The notes under the pieces: model-generated
Databases searched by the model: none
Told to the model about the DNA's origin: nothing
Seen by the model: the letters and a program-made list of their open reading frames with translations, nothing else
In this document: positions 36,580 to 46,100 of the stretch, piece by piece
Layout: each line of letters begins with the position of its first letter
Numbering within the stretch: the first letter of the stretch is position 1
Program-made: the position numbers and the translations under genes
From: an uncultured Gammaproteobacteria bacterium
GTDB lineage: Bacteria > Patescibacteriota > Patescibacteriia > Magasanikbacterales > UBA922
Length of the DNA: 64,000 nucleotides
Assembly (NCBI GenBank): GCA_964344965.1
Contig: CAYFPJ010000003.1
Span: 22,280-86,279 of the forward strand
Direction: 5' to 3'

Positions 36580-36696
36580 CGCAACCCACCTCCTGTCCTC
36601 CTCCCTTAAAAAAGGAGGAGGAACTTGCTGAATAGTAAATACTTATTAGAACGTCCTCCCTCCCTAATAAGGGAGGGAGACAGAGGGTGGGTTGCG
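36580..36696. repeat. composite palindromic element, family B copy 2 (inverted orientation relative to copy 1)
   Basis: cgcaacccacc...ggtgggttgcg outer stem with CCTCCTCCC/GGAGGAGG and CCTCCCTCCC/GGGAGGGAG inner hairpins. Confidence 0.7.
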
Positions 36697-36800
36697 TGAT
36701 AGCATCAAAATCCCTTGCAACACCCTCTTCTCCATGTGGACAACTTTCTTGACAGTACTATCCTATAGGTCTAAACTAAAAATAGATTATATTAATCAAT

Positions 36801-36974
36801 ATGTTTAATTTCACACATATCACAAACCTCTTTATTAACTCCCTTATTAAGGACTGTGGTTTTGTTTTGCCAGTAGGTGTGGTGAATACAGCCAATACAG
36901 TGGTATATCTGGGAGGAGAGGGGTGTGGATGTGGACAAAATTGTAATTGCGAGGGGGGCTGCAATTGCGGTTAA
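36801..36974 (+). CDS. small Cys/Gly-rich protein, 57 aa (MFNFTHITNLFINSLIKDCGFVLPVGVVNTANTVVYLGGEGCGCGQNCNCEGGCNCG); the ORF track omitted it because it is under 60 aa
   Basis: Hand translation. A terminator hairpin follows immediately (36991-37022). The C-terminal 20 residues contain 7 Cys in CxC/GC motifs. Confidence 0.35.
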   Translation: MFNFTHITNLFINSLIKDCGFVLPVGVVNTANTVVYLGGEGCGCGQNCNCEGGCNCG

Positions 36975-37544
36975 CTAGGTTCAAATAGCATTACACATCC
37001 CGGTAAAATGGGATGTTTTTTATTAGAGATTAAGTACATTTGTAGATAATAGCAGGAACCCTCTCCCCTCGGCCTGAGCTCGGGACGAAGGCCAACTCCC
37101 CCTACTAGGGGGAGGGAAATATCGGATGATCGAGGTTTGCAAGGCTGATTAAGCTATGTAGACCTTGGTTACTTCGGTAGCCTAACCTATTGACAAATGA
37201 CCTGGATACTGGTAAGTATTCAGCAAGGTTGTGGGATTTTTAAGGAATGTTGGTCTGATATTCCTTTGAAATTTCTATAACCTTTGAATCATTTGTCATT
37301 TCCCCTCGTTCTTTCCAAGGAGAAATAAGCAGCATATGAATGCACATGTTCCCCACAAACGGTGGATTAGGCGTTGATGATTTCAAGCCGGGCGGAGGTC
37401 TTTGGTAGATTATTATAATAATCTCTAAAGATCACCGTCTGGCCGAGAAATTTTTCAAAGCCGGGCACCTTGGGGCCTCGCCCCGAAACCTAAGGGGTCA
37501 TCTCGGCCCCGCATTCGGGGCATTCGCTCCAAGGAGAGAGGTCC

Positions 37545-37829
37545 ATGACCTCCGACTTCAGCACCACCACCGCCACCACCGCCACCACCGCCACGGATCC
37601 AGTGGATCCGAGAGAGACCGCCGACCCTGACACCGTCAGGGGATGGAGATCCTGGTCCGCCTCAACCGAGGAGGGAGCCGGCGTCGCCGGCAGCGGTCTT
37701 GGCCCAGCTAGGGTCGTGGTAGGGGTGGGGGAGCGTGTGAGTTCCCCGAGATGTAGGTCGTTCGCGACCTGTCTATCTCGGGCGTCATTTCGTATGCTGC
37801 CCCACCTCTCTTGTTCATTTAAGTTTTAA
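37545..37829 (+). CDS. small ORF in a ~400-bp GC-rich patch (94 aa, starts MTSDFSTTTATTATTATDPVDP); doubtful
   Basis: Strong SD AAGGAGAG 6 nt before the ATG. Contains an (ACCACCGCC)x3 microsatellite. GC content is far above background. Confidence 0.2.
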   Translation: MTSDFSTTTATTATTATDPVDPRETADPDTVRGWRSWSASTEEGAGVAGSGLGPARVVVGVGERVSSPRCRSFATCLSRASFRMLPHLSCSFKF

Positions 37830-38077
37830 GTGGGTAGAAGAGGCGGATGATTTTGAAAGACTCCTACTGATTGTGGGAGTTTTTTGTATGAAAAAATTCT
37901 CCCCCTCTTAGGGGGAGTTAGAGGAGGTTCGTTGTAATGAGATTATCTGTCATTATGTCAGTCTTATAAAATTGGTATGCACCCCTCCCAGCCTCCCCTA
38001 AAAGGGGAGGAGATATTTTGTCTTGTTAAAAAACACAATTTGAAAACACCCCTCATCTCTGATAAAGTATTCACTAT

Positions 38078-38941
38078 ATGAATCATGACCTCTTCAAACC
38101 AACTCATCTCAAAGAACTCTGTCAAAAATACGATCTCACGCCATCGAAAAAATATGGACAAAACTACTTGATCTCTGACGCTCCGATCAAAAAAATGATT
38201 GAGGCAGCTGACGTAAAAAAGACCGATATTATAGTAGAGATCGGTCCAGGTTTTGGAGTGCTTACTTTTGCTCTAGCAGAAGGAGCGGGTAAAGTTTTCA
38301 CATTTGAGATAGAAAGGAAACTAGAAGAGTATTGGGATGATGTTTTGGGAGATGGAGACAAGGAGATAAGTAGAGATAATAATATAGAGATAATTTGGGG
38401 CAATGCTTTGAAAAGTCTTAAATCTTATGTCTTAAATCTTAAGTCTGGATACAAAGTGATTGCAAACTTGCCATACCAGATTACTTCCAATGCTTTGAGG
38501 ATAATTTTGGAGGCAGAAAATAAGCCAGAATCTGTGACTGTGATGGTCCAGAAGGAGGTGGCAGAAAGAATTGTGGCGAAGCCAGGGGATATGAGCCTAC
38601 TTGCTGTTTCAGTGCAATATTATGGTGGACCAAAGATTGTTTGTAAGGTTCCGAGTGGATCATTTTGGCCTAGTCCGAAAGTGGATTCAGCGGTATTGTA
38701 TATAGACACCTCAACACCTAAACACTTTAACACTTTTTCTGATGATGATTTTTTTAAAGTTGTGCGGGCGGGATTTGCAAATAAGCGCAAACAACTGTGG
38801 CGAAATATTAGTGATGGATTGAAGATTGATAGGGGAGAGGTGAAAGAAGTCTTGAAGAATGTCGTTGGTAATGAAAAAGCACGAGCGCAGGAATTGAGTG
38901 TAGAGGAATGGAGAGAGGTGGTATCGACACTAAATAGTTAA
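38078..38941 (+). CDS. rsmA: 16S rRNA (adenine1518/1519-N6)-dimethyltransferase
   Basis: YGQNYLISDAPIKKMIEAA, SAM-binding VEIGPGFGVLT, and NLPYQITS. Confidence 0.85.
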   Translation: MNHDLFKPTHLKELCQKYDLTPSKKYGQNYLISDAPIKKMIEAADVKKTDIIVEIGPGFGVLTFALAEGAGKVFTFEIERKLEEYWDDVLGDGDKEISRDNNIEIIWGNALKSLKSYVLNLKSGYKVIANLPYQITSNALRIILEAENKPESVTVMVQKEVAERIVAKPGDMSLLAVSVQYYGGPKIVCKVPSGSFWPSPKVDSAVLYIDTSTPKHFNTFSDDDFFKVVRAGFANKRKQLWRNISDGLKIDRGEVKEVLKNVVGNEKARAQELSVEEWREVVSTLNS

Positions 38942-39085
38942 ATCTTTAAGCGGTTTTATTCCTCGATGCTTGCATCGAAAAAGTGAAAACTAACATTGGT
39001 TGAAATAAGATTTTCTGCCAATACCCCGCAGCTTGCTGCGGGGATGGCCCGATGAAGTCTTACTTAAACCAAATTTACTTTTATT
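38941..39085. repeat. 145-bp dispersed repeat, family A copy 3 (abuts the rsmA stop codon)
   Basis: Near-identical to 11502-11646. Confidence 0.85.
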
Positions 39086-39092
39086 GTACGAA

Positions 39093-39165
39093 ATTACGAA
39101 CAGTATGAAATGTACGAACAAGTATTTCGCAACTTTCGTACTGTTCGTAATTTCGTACATTTCAG
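39093..39165. repeat. long perfect hairpin (gtacgaaattacgaacagta ... tactgttcgtaatttcgtac), followed by a small terminator hairpin at 39180-39207
   Basis: Seen directly. Confidence 0.5.
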
Positions 39166-39235
39166 TTATCCACGAAAAACACCGACAAAAATTGTCGGTT
39201 TTTCTATTTTTCTGCTATAATATTAGCAATATTTT

Positions 39236-40039
39236 ATGAATATCGATCCTCCACAACAGGGTCTTTCTGCTGGGCAAAAGACAGGGTTTATCTTTTTGCT
39301 CGTTTTTGGTTTTTTGGCTGTTGGATTGGGGTTTGTACAGATGCGCAATAATATTTTTGGACCATTTTTTGTCTCTCCTGGTTCTCAGGCTATTGACCAG
39401 GCCCAGGTGGCTTTTGATCAGACAGTCCGTCTCCAGAGTATCGACACAGATCAAGATGGGATAAAAGATTTTGAAGAATTGACATTTTATCATACTAGTC
39501 CCTTCCTACCAGATACAGACTCAGATGGTCTTAGTGATCAAGAAGAGATAGATGCCGGCACTGATCCACTGTGTCCAGAAGGTCGTGACTGTAGTACGGC
39601 AGAGTTTGTCCCAAACACAGAAACAGAGGTTGAGGACGTGTCCCTCACTCCTGTCGGAGGAGATGCTGTGGGATCTATCGGTGAAGGTTTCAATCCAGGA
39701 TTACAAATGCAACAGCTTTTGGGAGATCCGACCCAGTTGCGTGCCATGCTTCTTTCCACAGGACAATTTACCGAAGCTCAACTAGACGCCATTGACGACG
39801 AAGCACTATCCCAGATGGCTGCCAATGTCATCCAAAAAGGAGCCCCCTCAAATATCAATCTTGGCACAGGTTCAGAAGCTGGTAGTACAGTTTCGACAGA
39901 TTTGACAGAATTGCTAGATGATCCTGACAAGCTGCGTCAGGCCCTAATCGACACAGGAAATATATCAACAGCTGACCTCGAAAAAATAGATGACGATATG
40001 CTAGCGGAAATTGCCAAAGAAGTGTTGCTAGGGAATTAG
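39236..40039 (+). CDS. membrane-anchored acidic protein with thrombospondin-type-3-like Ca-binding Asp repeats
   Basis: N-terminal TM. DTDQDGIKDFEE and DTDSDGLSDQEE motifs. Confidence 0.35.
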   Translation: MNIDPPQQGLSAGQKTGFIFLLVFGFLAVGLGFVQMRNNIFGPFFVSPGSQAIDQAQVAFDQTVRLQSIDTDQDGIKDFEELTFYHTSPFLPDTDSDGLSDQEEIDAGTDPLCPEGRDCSTAEFVPNTETEVEDVSLTPVGGDAVGSIGEGFNPGLQMQQLLGDPTQLRAMLLSTGQFTEAQLDAIDDEALSQMAANVIQKGAPSNINLGTGSEAGSTVSTDLTELLDDPDKLRQALIDTGNISTADLEKIDDDMLAEIAKEVLLGN

Positions 40040-40128
40040 GTTTTAGGTGTTTAGGTGATTAGTTATTTTAGACTAAATCACCATAACCTAATAACCTATA
40101 CTACCTAAATTTACCTAAAACCTAAACT

Positions 40129-43100
40129 ATGTTCTGGGACAAAGATAGGAAAAGAAAATTTTTTACACTAACTGCTCTTACTATTTTTGTTAGTTTCAAT
40201 GTTTTTGTTTTCACTATTTTTCCGTCCAGTGTTGTACATGCTGCTGCAGCTGCTCCGGTAGCAGAAGTGGAGAGTGCCCCTCAAAAAGAAAAAGCTATAG
40301 AAGATAAAATTATCGAAGGAGTGTTGTCGGCTCTTATGGGTTCTCTAGTTAATTTTACCTCACACTTCATGAGGACTCTTGCTTATGATACTGCAGTCTA
40401 TATTGCGTCTGGTGGTAAAGGTGAAGGTTCTCTTATTTTTGAAAAACCATTTGATGAGTATTTGCTCGGTGTGACTGGTGATTCGGCTGGAGCAGCTATC
40501 GATGCTCTTGGTGAGGAGTGGGGGCTAGATCTCTGTGCTCCTCCAAGTCTTGATCTCCAGGCTGGTTTGAAAGTAGGTCTTAGTGAAATATATGATGCTA
40601 CTGATCTAGAGATTGGTAATTATACAGATCAGGCCCAATCTTATGCCGAAGGTGTGAGTTTCGGGGATGGACCTACTGGACGTCCTCAATCTAGCTGTAC
40701 TTTCAACGAGTTGAAAGGGAATTGGTTTGATGAAGATGGAAACTTGAAAGCACCAGAAGTGAATATCGACATGGCTGCAGACTTTGCAGCAGATGTAGAT
40801 GTCACTGAGACAGATTTTGGCTACATGCTTGGAGCCATAGAAAAAGTAGACCGTCTAGAAGCTCACCAGGAAGAGTCTGCATCTTTGGAGAGATTGGCTG
40901 GCGAAGGATTTAAGGCAGTGACTGACCTGATAAGTGGGGAGATTAAGACTCCACCAACAATTGTAGAAGAAGAAGCTACTGCTCTTACTGGCAAGCACCA
41001 GGGTGAGCAAAATGCCGAACAGATTGCTGGCATGTATGCTTCTGAACTGTGGCAGATAATTCCTATGTCTGCTTCAGTATTTCTCAATACTCTTACTTCT
41101 GAATTATTGAATAGAGTGTTTACCAAAGGTCTTGTGCCTGCTGGTCCACCACCAGGATCTTTTGATTTCTATGGAGTGTCTGCTTTGCTTGGCAAAAGAA
41201 AGGCAGCTGAAAGAGCCTTTAGTTTTCTGACTGTCAATAATCCTACCAAGAGTTTGGAAAATTATGATATAACAGCCTTCTATGCCTCATGCCCCAATCC
41301 CGATAATCCTGGTATTAACGAGTGTGTGATCAATAGTGATTTTAAGACAATTATCGACATTGCTTCCAATGGGCGACCTTTGACAATTTATCAGGCTATT
41401 TTTGAAGAAGAGTTAATTGATGAAAACACCCAGCTCATCTCTCCTCGTAGGACTTCTGACAATGAGAGTCCTGACTGTCGCAACAAAGGATTTTGTCATT
41501 CCAATGTCCAAAAGCTAAGAAAGGCGAGAGTATTGCCACTAGGTTTTGAAATTGCCACTCTTCGTTCAGATCCAGACAATCCTTGGACCATTGGTGAAGT
41601 GGTAAAAGGTTTTGAAGACTGTACCGTTGAAAATGGAGAAGTAATACTTGATAGCAACAAACCATTTTGTCATCTCATAGATCCAAACTGGGTTATCCGT
41701 GCTCCAGAGGCTCGCTGTGAAGCGTTTGTTGACAATCCTATCTTGCAAGTAGAGAATTCTCCAAAGAGAAAAAATGAATGTGCCGACATATCTACTTGTA
41801 TCACCGAAGATCCTAATGGCTCTTGTTCGAATGATGATTATTTTGCATATTGTACCAAGGAGTCCAATGTCTGGCATTTGCCGGGCGATAGTTGTCCTGC
41901 AGAGTATGTAACTTGTCAAAACTTTTTCAACGAGACAACTAAAGAAAACGTATCGTATCTCTCTCGGACTCTAGACTACGGTAGTTGTGATGTCGATTCA
42001 GTGGGCTGTAGTGCTTATAGCGTAGAAAAGATCAATGGAGAGTGGGTCGGTACTGCTAGTGATGATTACCAAATAGGGTACAAATCTATCGGCAGAAACC
42101 AGGTGATAAATTTCAATGAAAAAATCACAGCTGGAGGCACCAAACAAAATTCTAGTTGTTCTCCAGAAAATGATGGTTGTACACTATTTTATTCTGCCGA
42201 AAGAATAGTCAATACTCTTAGTTTTGCCAAAGACGTGGATGGTAATTATATAAAAGATCAAAATGATCAGCTCTACCTCAAAAAAGCTCCATATTATTTG
42301 GGATGTTATGACACAGACCTAGATACACCAGAGATAGAATGGCCAACCACCTTACAGCAAGTCACAAATAATATTGACGGTGACTCAGAGTGTTCCAATT
42401 TTGCCCAGGTGTGTGTCGAAGAAGAGATCGGCTGTGATCTATATACACCGATCAATGGTGGTGCTGGTGTGCCTGGCGTAGTTGGAAATAATATTTGTCA
42501 TGAAAATTGTGTTGGATATGAGACTTTCCAGCAAGAAGCCACCAACTTTGAATCTTCCGATTACCCACTCTATTTCATCCCCAAAAATGGTGACCAGTGC
42601 AACCTGGCGTATGAAGGTTGTGATGAATTTACCAATATTGACGCTGTCTCTGCCGGCGGAGAAGGTCTAGAGTACTACACATATATAAAGAGATGTGAGA
42701 AGCCAGAAGGAGAAAACAGCAATGTCTACTATTCTTGGGAAGGTTCTGGTACTGAAGGATATGTGTTGAAAGTTCACAATTTGGCTCGTGTCGGTACTGA
42801 AGATGCTAGCTACATCTCATCTCTTGGTATTGACCTAGAAATAAAAAATACTTTCACGGCTGATTCACCAGCATATATTGATGATACAGTAGAGATTCTA
42901 GAAGAAAACTATGCCAAATGTAATGAAGACTTGTACAACAATCTAGTGAACAATATTCCTGGCGTAGATCATGCTGATGAAGACTGTCGAGCTCTATATG
43001 GGACCGATGGTAGTATTTATTATAGAATTTTGGCAGACACTGTCACTGTCTCAGAGGCTTGTCACCCACTTAGAAAATCTGAGTCTAGACTTGAAGTCGA

Positions 43101-46100
43101 TCTCGATATAGACCAGTCTCAGTGCCTAAAGAAAAAAGGAATTTGGGGTTCTGTAGAGGTGGATGGAGATAGTATTACTGCTTGTCAGAGATGCTATGCT
43201 GGTGGAGAATGGAACGAAGATAGTGAATCATGTATCTACCATGCCATCGATGCGGTCGGTGAGTCTACTTCTTGTCCAGCTGAGTTCAATGGCTGTCGAG
43301 CGTATAGTGGCAATGCTGCCAATAATGTGGAATCGGTATTTGGTGGTACAGAAACTTTTGAAGTGTTTGATGCTGGTGATGCTGATGCTCTCAATAATGC
43401 CAAAGAAGGTTGGTCTCCACAATCACTGAAGGTAAGTCCTGAGTCTCTCCAGGTTGGGGGATATTCTTTGGAAATTGATGTCGACTTGGCGAACAAGATT
43501 ATTCTTTCTGACAATGTGAAGACTAATACATCTTATGAGCTGTCTTTCTGGGCTAGAGGAGTGACCCAAAATGTAGATATTTACTTACAGCAAGGAAATA
43601 ATACTTGGTCACTTACGCTAGACCCACTACTTGATATCGAACAAGGTGTTTCTATTGGTTCTACCTGGAAAAAATATCAAGTAGGCCCTGTCCAGTTTAA
43701 TGGATCAGAGGATGAAGATATGTTCTTGGTCTTTGATCGTTCCGATAGTCTCAATAAAGGAATTTATTATATTGATAATATAGAGCTTTTCCGAGTGGAT
43801 GAAAAAGAATACCTCATAAAAAATTCATGGAAAACACCAGAAGGATATGATGCGCCTGAAATATGTTTTGATCCAGGACAAAATCCAGCTGGTCCATTCC
43901 CTGGAGCAGATCTTGGTTGTCAGGAATATAGCAGCATTCTTTCTCCAGAACTAGTATATACAACAGGATTTGAATCTCTTTGTCGAGAAGAGGCGGTCGG
44001 GTGTCAGCCAGTCTATGATACCTACAACACTCTCGAAGGTGATGATGCCGAGTACACCCAAGTATTCCACGCCAAATGTGTCAACGGTACTTATCAGTCT
44101 GCCATTGGTCAGGATGTTTTTGCTCAGACAGTAATTGGAGAAAAAATTGTGGGCCAGCCTGTGACTTGTAGTCAGGAAGTGGCTGGCCAGACTTATGAGT
44201 GTGTGATTGGCTCTGGTCAAGATCATTGTTATATTGATGAACCAGTCGTGATTCCTTCCCCAGGTTGGATTTTTGGTGGTACCAAGACCACTGGAGAATT
44301 ATTGATTAAGGAGACTCCAGATGAATCAGGCAATCCAGATGCAGGTGATGAAGGCCTGTTCTTGGTAATTGATAATTCTAGCATCCTTATTCCAGCCGAC
44401 ACTCCAGATGATTCTCCGCTTTTCCTCACCAATAGTCCAGAATCACGATGTCTGGAGGATAATCCAGAACTTGGTTGTCAGAAGGTTGCTCTTGAGGATC
44501 AAATTTTGCCAGATGATGACAATCCTGGTTCTTATAATTTTCATGAGAATTTTGTTATAAATAATCCAGATAATTATCTCGGCACAGATGGTACTATTTG
44601 CTTAGAAGAGCAATTGGCTTGTGGTAGATTTTCTTTCGAAGGTCAGACTGCTTATTTCAAAGACCCACTCCTCAATGGGCATAAGTTCTGTCAATACTTG
44701 CCAGAGACTACTATCAATGGTAGTGAGCTTAGTGGATGGTTTTTGCAGGATGGTATCGGCAGATGTAGTGTCAATGATGGTTCTGGTGCAGAAGGAGAGC
44801 TTTGTCTTGAAGATTCGGAGTGTGGAGCAGGTAACATTTGTCTCACAGAAGAGAGGATTCCTTGTTATCCTGACTATCTAGATGATTTTGCCAGTTATGG
44901 ACTGTGGTCCAATGGTGCTCCAGAATATGATGGTTTTGTGGGACTTTGTGAGCCACAGTATCATACTTGTACAGAATTTTTGGATCCTATGGATGTGAAT
45001 GATAATCATCCGGATGGTAAGCCATATTATATTCTTGATAATGACAACTTGGATTTGAATAATGAGTGTGGTGGGCAGGTCAGTCTGCGAGAGGGTTGTG
45101 TCTTGTTTGATCAGACAGACAATCCAAGTAAGATTTATAATACTGCACTTACCTATGCCGAGAGTGAAGAAAAAGCCAAAGGTGGATTTGGAACTGTCTT
45201 TGAAAGTTTGGTCCCGCCATTATCAGACACAGACAACCCAGCCAACAACAATGCCAATAGGATTTTGAAAGTAGACCGTGATAGGCAGTGTAGTGAGTGG
45301 TTGGAGTGTAAGTCTTTTGTACCTTTTGAGCTAGAAAATGGTCGAGATGCCAAATTGTGCTACGAGCTTCGATCTTGTGATGAGACAGATGGAAACAATT
45401 GTACCAATTGGGTGACTAGAGATGTGAATGATATTTCTGATGATTTTCTTGATTATGATAAATATATAAATCGTGACACTTCTTGGTATGGTGATGGGGA
45501 TTATAGCGGATATTCTTTGTTTGAAAGTTATCAGATTGGCGACTTTGCTGGTGTTGATATTCCAGAGGATATCTTTTTTGGAGATGATGATGAGCAAGTT
45601 TACAACGATGAAGGTGTGGATGTAAAAAATTATTATCTAGTCTATAGAATCCCGAATAGTTATTTTGAATTTCCTCTCTACTCTGATCAGGCTTGTCCTG
45701 GTGATGCGACTGACTGGATTACTACTTGTGGGCCAGATGACAAGGCTAGGTGTGTGCAAGGGAAGTGTGTATTGCCTATTTCGGGAGATGATTTCCCAGG
45801 AAGTATTAATCAAGCAGATTATATTCAGAAATTGGCAGAAAAGGTGGGTTCATCCGAGTGTAAAGCTCCTTCCTCTGACCAGAGTCCACTACCAACTACT
45901 GTCGCCATCCTAAATGACAATGCCAAAAATGGGGCTCTCTTTGGTGACAATGAAGAAGCTCTAGTTCGATATGATTTCAATGAGTGGAAGAGTGGTTATA
46001 AAAATACCAATGTCTGCCAAGATGGGGAATGTGCTTGTGAGTATGTGGAACTGACTTATGGTGATTTGGCCAATACATCTGACTTCTGGTCTTTGTCTGC

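Noticed and set aside
14686-38725. Exact 15-mer acacctcaacaccta shared by the C39-peptidase gene (14686) and rsmA (38711), with a related stretch at 51210
   Set aside because: About two chance 15-mer matches are expected in 64 kb of biased-composition DNA. Both copies lie in normally aligned coding regions with no extra residues. Treated as coincidence.
10956-39085. Considered whether the 145-bp family A repeats, or the many CCTCCC/GGGAGG hairpins, form a CRISPR array
   Set aside because: Copies are few and widely and irregularly spaced, in both orientations, with no uniform spacers and no cas genes. They are dispersed repeats, not a CRISPR array.
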